A stretch of DNA of 64,000 bases from an uncultured Planctomycetaceae bacterium (GCA_963815195.1 CAWFGE010000017.1:32001-96000), one strand, 5' to 3'. Counted from the stretch's first letter, positions 23,982-33,586 are shown. The notes: generated by a model not told the origin, from the letters alone. Numbers and translations are program-made.

Positions 23982-24068
23982 CCGATTGATGAATCGGCGG
24001 GGCCAACTTCTGGCCCGCGGATTGGGGGCGGGGCGGCGGATTCCTCAAACCTTGGCAATAGAGTCATG

Positions 24069-24332
24069 AGCCCGAAGCGCATGCGAGGGAATTGATTTGA
24101 AATCCCTCGCTTGCGCTTTGGGCTAATTGAGACAGAAATCCCTCGCTTGCGCTTTTTGAAGATGCGCATTCTCTAAATCGCGAGCGATCGTGCATTGTGA
24201 GCGGTTCGGCGCTAGCCGCCGGCCTTGTCATATCCAAATTTCCGTTGAAAAGGCCGGGGGCTAGCGCCCTTCCGCTCACATTTTGCGGTTTCGTGCAACT
24301 TCAAAACTGGCGCTTCGGGCTAATTGAGACAG
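24069..24332. repeat. Composite REP cluster
   Basis: agcccgaagcgc..gcgaggga/tccctcgcttgcgctttgggct hairpin, a partial tandem copy, and a nested gtgagcgg...ccgctcac doublet (24197-24280). Confidence 0.7.
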
Positions 24333-24430
24333 AGTTTTTTGCGATGAATTGGCAAAAATGCCGGGTTAGCGCTCGATTTCGAACCGCTCATCGACCTTCG
24401 GTCCACATTCTCCCCCAACGACTCCGCGGT

Positions 24431-26138
24431 TTACTTCGCCTGGAACAAGGCTTCTGAAAGGTCGTCTCGTTCTTTATAGGGGCGATATTTGTAGTACCAT
24501 TCGCCCCACTTCTCTTTCGAGCTGCTTCCGCCACTGGGCGACTGCGGCGTCTTTGGCTTTCTGGTCCGCCGAGGCGGGAACCTTCTCGAACGGGGTTTCG
24601 GGAAGATGAAAACCCAACGGTTTGCGGCTGAGCGTGCACAGGGCGTTGCGGGCTTCGACCATCACGTCCACGTTGTTGTCGTCCAAGGCCTCGATGAGCA
24701 ACTTGGCCATTCCCAGATCCTCCGTGCGGCCGAGCGCCCAAATGGCGGTCCGCCGGACTTCCACATTCGGATGCTTCGCGAGCTTGACCAACCGGTCCTT
24801 CTGTTTGATCAACTCCTCGCGGTCCCCCAGTTGCACCTGCTCGACGATGGCCTCCTGCGCGGCGGCGACATCCACCGTTTCCACTTTTTCCAACTCTTGG
24901 AGCAACTCGTCGATCGGGCCCAAATCTTTCTTGCTCTCGACTTTGCCGTCCTTGAGGATCGCCTGGCTGAGGTCGTCGGGCAGTCCGCGTCCGCCAGCGA
25001 GTAGCCCGTTGCCCAACGGATCAAACGGAACGTCGCGGTGCAGGATCTTGGCGGTGGCTTTGGTCAGAAACAGAATCCCGAACGCGGTGGAGGCGATTTC
25101 CCCGGTGGTGGAATTCCACGATCCGTTCTTGGCCTGGCTCGTGACGAGGTACGTCGCCCCTTCGCGGTACCAGTCGTGGTTGGCGATCGTTTGGACGTTC
25201 ATCAAGGCCGCCATCCGCTCGAACGTGTAAAGGTAATACATGTTCCAGCGGCCGGCGGTGATGGTGTACCGGCGGGCGATCCAACCCGCGGCGCGGTTCG
25301 CCGCCGCCGTTAAATTCCCGCTTGTCACGGTGGGGTGATAGTCGTTCGGGTCTTTGACCTTGGTGCCGTCGGGTTTTTCCACGGTGTCCAGATCGACGGA
25401 TTCCAGCACGCCGAATTTCGTGGTGGCGGGTTTTTTGGGTTTCTCGGCAGTTGGGTCCTCGGCGTTGGGATAGAGATGCATTCTCGCCATCAACAGCGAC
25501 CCCACGCCCGCGGCTGTCATCGTGTGGGAGACCGCGGTGTCATCGCCTTGACTTCCAAAGGGGTGATAGGAGTAGCCCCCGTCGCCCGACTGCGTCTTGA
25601 TAAACCAGGCCGCGCCGCGGTCCCAGACCTCGGGCGGGACCTTGATGCCCGACCGCTCGGCCGCCCAGAAGCCGAGCATCGCGTATTGGCATTGGCTCGT
25701 GTCCCCGCCGCGAAACCCGTCCACATAGTCCCAAGACCCGCTGGAGTGCTGGTGCTTGATCAGATACGCCACGATCGCTTCCATTTCCTTGCGGTATTTT
25801 TGCGGGTTGGCGGCTTCGAGGAGCATCATCTCCACGCCCGCGCCGTAAATCCCGTCGGAGCCGGGCTTGTAATTTCCGCCGCCCGCCCGCTTGACAACGT
25901 TGTTCAACACGCCTTGCACCGCGGGGCTGTTCGGCGGATCGCCCGCCTTCAAGAGGGCATACGCCGCCAAACCGCCGTAGCTCGATTCGCTTTCTTGCGC
26001 GACTCGCTGCCGGAGATAGGCCGCGGCGTCCGCCACGGATTTTTTGATCTGGGCACCCGTGACCTGGGCCGACGCCGCTTGGGGAAGGACGCAAACGATG
26101 GCCAATGTGCTCAGAATGAGAAAACGGAAGGTAACCAT
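24431..26138 (-). CDS. Secreted prenyltransferase-repeat + HEAT-repeat protein; apparent frameshift near 24515
   Basis: QHSSGSWDY, GDTSQCQYAMLG, QSGDGGYSY, YYLYTFER, HEAT repeat EVRRTAIWALGR; the C-terminus WGEWYYKYRPYKERDD lies in an alternative frame. Confidence 0.75.
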
Positions 26139-26339
26139 GGTGATCGATCGCTTTGAGAGGAGAAAACACTGTCAAAAAGCTGGATCAGCCGGAACGCGCT
26201 CGCGTCCGATTCGCCCCGCAATAAACCGGGGCTAGCCGCCCTGCGGCTAATTTTTCCAACCTCGTTTTTGTTTTGGCGGAGTATTAGGACGATTTCCAAC
26301 TTCAGTTTATCTCAATCCCAGCCGCCTCGTCAAAGTCGC

Positions 26340-26864
26340 CTACCCGAAGAACGCGTCGGTCAGCCAGTTGATCAACAGCAAGGCGATCAAACAATTCCCG
26401 AACCAGACAGGCCAGCGGGCTTCGGAAATGCCGGTTTTGAGCTCGCGGAGCCGGTAGATGCGATAGGGGATTTGCAGCACGATCGCCAAAGCGAGGATCC
26501 AGCCGATGCGGTGGTAACTGAGCGAAGCTTCCCAATCGCCGCGGGCCAGCGAGAGGATGCTGCGGGTCAATCCGCAGCCGGGGCATTCGACGTTGAACAT
26601 AGCCCGGCTGCCGCACAATTCGGGCAGCGGATAATCTTCCAGCCCCCGAAACGCGACTCGCGTCCCGTCTTGGACCTGCATCAAAAACGCCAGCGCGACC
26701 ACGCTCGCGGAAATCCAGAGCATCGACCCGTGCCGTTTTCGCTGCCAGCGGCGAGTCCGCGCAACGTCGTCCGCATCGTCCAGGATTTCCAGGACTTCCA
26801 GCTCCGCCTCCGCGAGGTGTTCTTCCGCTGGAATGGACGTGGCGATCGAATCGGACATGGTCAT
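26340..26864 (-). CDS. DUF2752 membrane protein
   Basis: C..RAMFNVECPGCGLTRS...GDW..S..YH motif; start overlaps the E2 stop. Confidence 0.8.
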   Translation of the reverse strand: MTMSDSIATSIPAEEHLAEAELEVLEILDDADDVARTRRWQRKRHGSMLWISASVVALAFLMQVQDGTRVAFRGLEDYPLPELCGSRAMFNVECPGCGLTRSILSLARGDWEASLSYHRIGWILALAIVLQIPYRIYRLRELKTGISEARWPVWFGNCLIALLLINWLTDAFFG

Positions 26865-27583
26865 CGGATTTCAAATACCCTCATGCACTTCTTGCAGCGA
26901 ACCCGGCGGCCGCGGACCTCGACTTTGACCGCGTAAACGGCACCGCAACCGGGGCAGGCCGTCTGAATGGTCTCGGGAGCCGGCTGCAACACGATGGGGG
27001 CTTCGTCCTCGAAGGTCGAACTCGCGGCGGGAGCCGGGGATCTTCGGGCCGTCGCCCGCGCGCTCGATGCGGCGGCGGGCGGGCGGCTTACCGCGGCCGA
27101 TTCGCCGGCGCCGGCTTTCTCCTCGTCCACCAGAAGGCTCACGCGGTCGAGCGGCAGTTGATCGCGGTTCTCATCGACCCAGCGGGCGGCTTCCCCGTTG
27201 AGCGGGCTTTTCACGTTGTAGCTTTGATAGGCGAGCATCTCGCCGATGCGGGTCACGATCGACTGCAGCGATTCCCCCGCGCTCCAGTGGTCCCCCACGC
27301 AAATCGCGTGCGGGGCGATGTTCGGATGGAACACCGGCGTCAGCATCCGGCACTGCGGCGGCGTGCGCGGATAATTCCGCGGCAACAGAATCTCCACCGT
27401 GTGATCTTTGATCGGCTCCAATTCCCCGTTGACCGACCGCAAGCTGCGAATGCGATATTGCAACTGATACCGCTCGGGCGGATCGCCTTCCGCCTGCAGC
27501 AACGTGATCCGCGGATGCAGCCGGGCGTATTCCTTCAACTTCTGATAATCGGCATTCAGCCGACGCAATCGCACATTGCTCAT
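26861..27583 (-). CDS. Ubiquitin-conjugating enzyme E2 (UBC fold) with C-terminal Zn ribbon
   Basis: RLRRL..D helix, LPRNYPRTPP, TPVFHPNIAPHAIC (catalytic Cys codon 27299-27301), WS, SPLNGEAA; tail CPGC...GRRVRCKKC. Confidence 0.9.
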   Translation of the reverse strand: MSNVRLRRLNADYQKLKEYARLHPRITLLQAEGDPPERYQLQYRIRSLRSVNGELEPIKDHTVEILLPRNYPRTPPQCRMLTPVFHPNIAPHAICVGDHWSAGESLQSIVTRIGEMLAYQSYNVKSPLNGEAARWVDENRDQLPLDRVSLLVDEEKAGAGESAAVSRPPAAASSARATARRSPAPAASSTFEDEAPIVLQPAPETIQTACPGCGAVYAVKVEVRGRRVRCKKCMRVFEIR

Positions 27584-28845
27584 TTCTTGGGCGTCTCGAT
27601 TTGTTTCTGAGGCAGGGAAAGATTCCGCGGAAGCAATTCCAAGAGCGTGGGCAGGGAAATGGAAAAGCCCAGGCCCTCCGCCACGCGCTTGTCTCCGGTC
27701 AAGGTGTTGATGCCGATCAGTCGGCCTTGTTTATCGTAAAGTCCGCCGCCGCTGTTGCCGGGATTGAGCGCGGCCGTGCTTTGGAGAATCTTATACACGA
27801 ACCGCCCGCGCTGCCGGCGCCGGATTTGCGAAAGCTGCCCGGCCGAATGCGTCCAGCCCAACCCGTGGGGGTTTCCGATGGCGAACACGTCGTCGCCGAT
27901 GTGCGGATGCTGCTCGGCGTCCCAGTGGGCGACGGCGATGTCCTCGGGATCGAGGTGCGTGGAAAGAATCGCCAAATCGACCCCGTGCGGAGCGACCCAT
28001 TCAATTCTCGCGGGCACCGCCATTTGGGTGACGGTTTGAATCGAAATGTCGGACAGCTCCGACAAATTCGCGGCGGCGGTTTTGGTGTCCTCGGAATAAT
28101 CGTGATCGACGACGTGGCGGTTGGTGACGATCCACGCCACGCCGTCCTTGAGCTTCAAAATCACGCCCGAGCCCATGCCCTGCCTGGCGAATCCCGCGTC
28201 GGAGATCACGATCACGTTTGCCCGCATCGACCGGCCGAGATGCTCGGGCAACTCCTCGATCGAGGCCAGGTCCGGGGCGGCAAATTCCTGGAGCGAAACA
28301 AACCCGTGGTTTTGGCCCATGAAGTGATACATTCCAAAGGCCCAGCCGGCCACGTCCGCCATGCCAATCAGAATGGCGAGCACCCCCATCCACAGCCCGC
28401 GGCGGTTGCTGGTCTGGACGACCAGGGCAATGCAGCCGACGACGATGGCGACCATCCCCGTCACCAGCCCGAACAGCGGAATCCCCAAGAGCGCGATCAC
28501 AAACGCCCAGATCGCCGTGCGGTTCCAGCGTTTGTCCGGGGTCCGCAGGTCGCCCGCATCGAATTCGCTGAACGACCGCGGCGGCGGCAGCGGCTCGGCG
28601 GCGGCGAGTTCGTTGCGGGAAATCGTCAATGTCGAACCGGCGGGGGCCTGCGAACTCTTGCCCGTGGAGCATTCGTAAGAACCGCAGCCGCCTTGCAGAT
28701 TCCAGCAGGACTCGTGGTGGATCGTCCCGCATTTCCGGCAGATGGAGGTGGACTCGCCCAACTCCAACTCGCGCCCGCAGGCTCGGCAGTCCGCACCTGC
28801 TTCCCGGTCACCGGCCGCGACAATTATGGGATTCAAATTTTGCAC
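27580..28845 (-). CDS. Prokaryotic RING-like domain + transmembrane segments + trypsin-like serine protease
   Basis: C-x2-C-x12-C-x2-C-x4-H-x2-C-x6-C-x4-C at 28669-28788; hydrophobic segments; triad motifs TNRHV, DLAIL, NPGNSGG; GTG start after a gagg RBS. Confidence 0.85.
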   Translation of the reverse strand: MQNLNPIIVAAGDREAGADCRACGRELELGESTSICRKCGTIHHESCWNLQGGCGSYECSTGKSSQAPAGSTLTISRNELAAAEPLPPPRSFSEFDAGDLRTPDKRWNRTAIWAFVIALLGIPLFGLVTGMVAIVVGCIALVVQTSNRRGLWMGVLAILIGMADVAGWAFGMYHFMGQNHGFVSLQEFAAPDLASIEELPEHLGRSMRANVIVISDAGFARQGMGSGVILKLKDGVAWIVTNRHVVDHDYSEDTKTAAANLSELSDISIQTVTQMAVPARIEWVAPHGVDLAILSTHLDPEDIAVAHWDAEQHPHIGDDVFAIGNPHGLGWTHSAGQLSQIRRRQRGRFVYKILQSTAALNPGNSGGGLYDKQGRLIGINTLTGDKRVAEGLGFSISLPTLLELLPRNLSLPQKQIETPKK

Positions 28846-28911
28846 GACATTCCTCAAGGGAAAAGTTTCCGTTGGGGCCTCGATCCTTGGAACGTGTTTT
28901 AAATTGCCATT

Positions 28912-28993
28912 GTGAGCGGCTAGCCGCTCGCCGCCGGTCTTGATTTTGTACGTATCCTTCATCGAAACCGGAGGCTAGCGGCTTGCCGCTCAC
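28912..28993. repeat. REP doublet inside the ubiquitin-like cluster
   Basis: gtgagcggctagccgctcgccgccggt ... accggaggctagcggcttgccgctcac; overlaps the stop codon of the upstream RING gene. Confidence 0.7.
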
Positions 28994-29694
28994 TTCCCAA
29001 ATACGATGAAAAACACCATGAGTGCGCTGTAGATTCCCGACAGCCCGATCGACACCCATGCCATGATAGCGTAAAGCGGGCTGCATTTGGCTAGTATTTT
29101 TCGGCGGGGCAGGACGTAAATCAAGCCGATCAGGAGAATCAACGGAGCCGCGCAACCGATGAGAGACGCCACAAATAGCGCCGTCACCGACTGTTGCGTC
29201 TTTTCGACGTCCGTTTTGGACTTGGCCTGTTTTCGGAGATCCTTCGTGGTCATCGGATCGACCGACTCGAATTCCTCGTCGCAATACCGGCATTTGAGGG
29301 CGATCGCTTTGATCTCTTCCCCGCACGCCGGGCAGCGTTTGGTGTCGCCCCAGGCCGCGAGCGGCGTTTGGTGGGAGTCTTCGGACTTCTCGACCGCCGG
29401 GGCCTGCTCGCAGCCGTACGTCCCGCAGCCGCCGATCTCTGACCAGCATTCCCGGTGGTGCACCTGATCGCAGCTCGGGCAGGTCACGCAGGCTTCGTCG
29501 GGCGAGATTTCGCTTTGGCAAATGGGGCACGCGGTTTGATGGCCGGCGGAGACCGGCGTGAGCGAGAGCACGCGGGCATCCACCGTCAGCGCCAAACCCG
29601 TCTTGCACCGCGGGCAGCGGAACGTGCGGTTGGTGCGGTCGGCCGGAACCCGAACTTTGGCTCCGCAGTCACAGCTAATGATTTGGGTCGACAT
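28990..29694 (-). CDS. Zn ribbon + prokaryotic RING-like + Zn ribbon + C-terminal TM protein (candidate E3)
   Basis: CDC...CPRC; RING-like motif at 29410-29529 with the same spacing as the neighbouring gene; CPACGEEIKAIALKCRYC; two hydrophobic segments. Confidence 0.8.
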   Translation of the reverse strand: MSTQIISCDCGAKVRVPADRTNRTFRCPRCKTGLALTVDARVLSLTPVSAGHQTACPICQSEISPDEACVTCPSCDQVHHRECWSEIGGCGTYGCEQAPAVEKSEDSHQTPLAAWGDTKRCPACGEEIKAIALKCRYCDEEFESVDPMTTKDLRKQAKSKTDVEKTQQSVTALFVASLIGCAAPLILLIGLIYVLPRRKILAKCSPLYAIMAWVSIGLSGIYSALMVFFIVFGK

Positions 29695-29854
29695 GGAGGT
29701 GTTTCAAGGACTTCGCTTCGTTGGTCAATGGCGGTTTTGTCGAGCGGGTGAAGCACAACAGACCCCAATCGCAAAAGGGGGCGGCGCTTCTCCGCCGACG
29801 GAATGTCAAATACAAATCCTACTCTTTTCGATCGCAGGTTTCTTCCCACCCGCA

Positions 29855-30394
29855 TTAGTGCCGGCCCGCCGACTCGATAATGACGCGGATGACTCCCCCC
29901 AGGATGCTGAATAGGAGCGACACGCCGAACATTTTGGCCCCCTTGGGTTTGCCTTGGACCATCCACACGATCCCCAAGATGCAGCCGATCCCGGAGCAGA
30001 GAATCGCCACGACCCAATCGCCGCCGGTCATATCCGCGTCTTCGTCGGCATGGCGGGACCCCGACCGCGACTTCTTGGACCGGCGTTTTAACCCCGGATC
30101 GAAAATCTCCCCGCAATACCGGCACTTGGCGGCTTTGCGCATGATCATTTCGCCGCACGCCGGGCAGGGCTTGCGGTCGCCCTCCTCCGCCGCCGATCCC
30201 GCATTGGGGTCCAGCCCGCCAAAATCGAAATCCCCCCCGCCGCCGACTTCCTCGGCCTCGAAGACATCGTCGGCCGCGGCGGCGGGGATCTGCACCCGCT
30301 CTCCGCAATGGGGGCACTTGGCCATCTTTCCCGCCATCGAGTCTTTCGTTCGCAAGACCGCGCCGCAGGATTCGCAGTTGACAGTAATCGACAC
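29855..30394 (-). CDS. Double Zn-ribbon membrane protein, paralog A
   Basis: CESC...AGKMAKCPHC; CPACGEMIMRKAAKCRYC; two C-terminal TM segments. Confidence 0.8.
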   Translation of the reverse strand: MSITVNCESCGAVLRTKDSMAGKMAKCPHCGERVQIPAAAADDVFEAEEVGGGGDFDFGGLDPNAGSAAEEGDRKPCPACGEMIMRKAAKCRYCGEIFDPGLKRRSKKSRSGSRHADEDADMTGGDWVVAILCSGIGCILGIVWMVQGKPKGAKMFGVSLLFSILGGVIRVIIESAGRH

Positions 30395-30456
30395 AGGAGG
30401 CCTTTCTCTGACAAGCGGAAATTCAGTTTCTCATGGTCATAAAAACTTCGAGCGGC

Positions 30457-31014
30457 TTAACCTGCTCCTTCGAGGATGGCTCCAATGACGAACCCGATGG
30501 CCCGCCAAATGATTCCCGAAAGAATCGAGAACCCAATCATTTTCGAGCCTTTGGGTTTGCCTTGAATCACATAGACCAGCCCGACGATGCACGCGATCCC
30601 CCCGCAAAAAATCACCAGCAGCCATTCCAATGTGTCCAGATCCTCATCTTCATCTCCGTAACGGGAGCGCGAGCGTTTTCGCGAACTTTTCTTGCGGCGT
30701 TTGAGGGCGGGGTCGAAAATCTCCCCGCAGTACCGGCACTTGGCGGCTTTCCGCATGATCATTTCGCCGCACGCCCGGCAGGGCTTGCGCTCGTCCCGCG
30801 GGACGGTGGCGCCGGCATTGGGGTCGAATCCGCCGAAGTCGAAATCCTCGGCTCCGTCCATCTCTTCCGCTTCGTAAACCTCCTCTTTTTTCGGTTTGGG
30901 AACCGGAATCCGCACGCGCTCCCCGCAGTGAGGGCACTTCGCCGTTTTGCCCGCCATCGACGTCTTCGTTCGCAGAACCGCCTGGCAGGATTTGCACCTT
31001 ACCCGAATAGACAC
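30457..31014 (-). CDS. Double Zn-ribbon membrane protein, paralog B
   Basis: CKSC...AGKTAKCPHC; CRACGEMIMRKAAKCRYC; VIQGKPKG between TMs; GTG start inferred from alignment to paralog A. Confidence 0.8.
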   Translation of the reverse strand: MSIRVRCKSCQAVLRTKTSMAGKTAKCPHCGERVRIPVPKPKKEEVYEAEEMDGAEDFDFGGFDPNAGATVPRDERKPCRACGEMIMRKAAKCRYCGEIFDPALKRRKKSSRKRSRSRYGDEDEDLDTLEWLLVIFCGGIACIVGLVYVIQGKPKGSKMIGFSILSGIIWRAIGFVIGAILEGAG

Positions 31015-31088
31015 ACTCAACCTTCCTCTCGCACGTTGATCGGCGGGATAATCCACCTCTTCAAAAGGATTTCAGGATGATGAGTTTT

Positions 31089-31255
31089 AGGGGAAAATTC
31101 GAAATCCGAATCTCGAAATCCGAAACAAATTCCAATCACCGAAATTCCCATCTCCAAACCCTGAACCGGTTGTGTTTTATGACCCAACGTTGTTTGCAAC
31201 ATTTGGATTTTGAATTTGTTTCGGATTTCGGATTTCGCGCTTCGGATTTCCCCCT
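31089..31255. repeat. AT-rich inverted repeat of 7-mer units (cgaaatc / gatttcg)
   Basis: aaattcgaaatccgaatctcgaaatccgaaacaaattc ... gaatttgtttcggatttcggatttcgcgcttcggatttc. Confidence 0.75.
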
Positions 31256-31256
31256 T

Positions 31257-32354
31257 TTAGGACGTGGTTTCTTTGACGGAGAATTCCAAAACCGTTTTGC
31301 CCAGCACCACCTGGTCGCCGGGCTGGAGTATGTGCCGGGTGATGGGAATCCCGTTGACGTAGGTCCCGTCGGGGGTGTTGCAGTCTTCGATTTCGAAGCG
31401 GCCGCCGCGGTTGGTGACGATCGCGTGCCGGGGTTCGATGGCATCATCTTTGAACAGATACACGTCGGCCTTGGGCGAACTGCCCAGGACGGTGGTGTCT
31501 TTGAACAAGATGAACTGCTTGCCCGCCAGGGGGCCTTTCCGCATGAGCAGCCAGGCGGTCTTGGTCCAGCCTTCGACGAGGCCCACGAACAACCCGACGA
31601 AACAGCCGATCGTCGCAAACCCGACGCCCCGGCTGTAAGTCGCCTGCCCATCGGCGGTGACGAGGACCATGCTGATCGGGTCGAACAGAAACCCGCCCAA
31701 GAGTCCGCCCAACACCGCTCCGACGAGCCCGTTGATAATGACCTTCTTCTCGCGGAGGGCGATGCCCTGGCCGATTCCCGAGGGAATCGATGCCACGCTC
31801 CACGCGGCCGCCCGGCCCATCATCATGATCAACAGCGCGAGTCCCGTGGGCATGGCGTTCGGCTGCGGATTCTTCCAGAAACTCACCGCCAATGTGATCA
31901 TCAAACTGAAGATGATCCCGGTGGGGATGAGCGCGATCAGTCCGCCGAGGAAGCCCACGGCCAAACCGACCATGCCGGATTTGACTGCCCGGAGCGGATT
32001 CCGGCAAATGATGCCTTCCGCTGCGCCCAGGAACAATCCCACCGATCCCGCCACCACAGGGAACATAAACAACGCGGCCAGATCCACATCGTTCCCGATG
32101 CGGTTGTCGTCGAAGAACGGCTCTAAAATCAGCCAGCCAAGGATCCCGCCCACCATCGCGGCGATCGACAAGTAAAACCAGTTGGCGTAGATCACGCGGA
32201 TCAGCCAGGGCTGATCGCTCAGCGGGCCGACGTCTCGCTGGAGGTACGCCTGAAGCTCGACATACTCATCCACCGCGGGAGCGTGCAGGTCGCGTTGGCT
32301 GATGCGAATGGGATCGGACACGGAGCAGTCCTCGAACAGATTCTTAATGAGCAA
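31257..32354 (-). CDS. Multi-pass membrane protein with C-terminal FHA domain
   Basis: About 7 Gly-rich TM segments, then GPLAGKQF.L....VLGS....D...HA......FEIEDC....GTYVNG....L.PGD.V.LG; start may lie ~30 nt downstream. Confidence 0.85.
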   Translation of the reverse strand: MLIKNLFEDCSVSDPIRISQRDLHAPAVDEYVELQAYLQRDVGPLSDQPWLIRVIYANWFYLSIAAMVGGILGWLILEPFFDDNRIGNDVDLAALFMFPVVAGSVGLFLGAAEGIICRNPLRAVKSGMVGLAVGFLGGLIALIPTGIIFSLMITLAVSFWKNPQPNAMPTGLALLIMMMGRAAAWSVASIPSGIGQGIALREKKVIINGLVGAVLGGLLGGFLFDPISMVLVTADGQATYSRGVGFATIGCFVGLFVGLVEGWTKTAWLLMRKGPLAGKQFILFKDTTVLGSSPKADVYLFKDDAIEPRHAIVTNRGGRFEIEDCNTPDGTYVNGIPITRHILQPGDQVVLGKTVLEFSVKETTS

Positions 32355-32366
32355 GAGAGATTGGGG

Positions 32367-33586
32367 TTATTTTTCCGCCTGGGCCGGAGCTGGGGATTCC
32401 GGCGGCTGTTTTGGCGGGTTCTCGGTTTCTTTCGCCGGGGGCTTGGAACTCTCGTCAACGGGCTTTTTGGTTGTTTTGGGAGCGGCCGCGTTTTCCGGCT
32501 TCTTGGTCGAAGCACCATTGGCGGACTTCGAGGAACCGGATTTCCTTTTCAATTTCATCCCCTGCGCCTCGGCCTCCTTTTCCGCGATCAACTGCTCCAC
32601 GGCGTTTTGCTCGACGGCGGAAAGTCCATAGACTTCCCTCATGTATCCGATCGTATTGGCGCTCGCTTTGAGATTCTCCGCGATCAGTCGGCGGCGTTTC
32701 AGCGCGGCCGCCCGCTCTTCGTCGGAAAGTTCGGCCGACGGAGCCGGCAGCTTTTGGAACTCGCTTTCGATGAGATGCAAGTGCTGTTCGATGGCGGACA
32801 TCTTCTCTTCGAAGCCCGGCTTCAGCAATTTCGTCACCCCGTAGCGGGCGACCGCTCCCTGCTGAAGCAGGATGGATTCCGATTGGCTCCGCCACCCGGC
32901 CAGGAGGTAGCCCAGCAACAACATGCAGATGCACGCCAGGATCGTGGTCACGAACGGCAAAATGCCCGGGTCCCCGGGAGGAGCCCCGGGGCGGGATTCG
33001 CCGGTCGCTTGACCCGGCGTGTCCCGGGGCGAAGCGGTCGAACGCAGCGTGGCGTCCACCGTGCGAACGCGGTCGCCGATCCAATAATGGGCGATGGGCG
33101 TGGGCTTTCCCGCGCGCAGGTGAAGACGCCTTCCAAATCCCGCACCGGATCGACCACATAGGCCACCTGCCCGGGGCCGGAGAAGAAATTCTCGTGGATG
33201 AACACGTCCCGGTCCGAGAGGAAGATCCCAAAGTCGGGGTGCGAATGATACCAGCCGATGATCCGCAGATCGGTATACTTGCTGTCCATCTCCTTGTTGA
33301 TCTGCGACCAGGATTCGTGGGTGAACGTGACCTCGGCGAATTTGCTCGTGGCGCTCTCGCAGCGGATATTTTCGGTGACGAGGGCAAAGGGGCCGTGCTC
33401 GTCTTTCTCCCACTTCCCCACCAGGACGCCGCAAATCTCCACGGAGACATCGGCCTTGGCGTGCTCCTGGATGCTCTTATGCACCGCTTCGGTCATGTGG
33501 AACCGAAAATCCTCTTTCGGCTTGACCGGAAATTTGCCCTCGGACAATTTTTCCTTTTTGAGGTCGCGAATGTCCACGCCGCTCAT
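32367..33586 (-). CDS. JAB/MPN+ metallo-isopeptidase with TM helix and helical/Lys-Pro-rich tail; apparent 1-nt frameshift near 33117
   Basis: EICGVLVG and GWYHSHPDFGIFLSDRD (HxH-x7-S-x2-D); one added G gives ...VFTWRAGK... continuing into a TM segment (ILPFVTTILACICMLLLGYLLAG); ATG overlaps the E1 stop. Confidence 0.85.

Noticed and set aside
24431..26138. Prenyltransferase/HEAT gene as part of the ubiquitin-like cluster
   Set aside because: Co-oriented but separated by ~200 nt, carries a signal peptide and belongs to a common planctomycete family; no evidence of linkage
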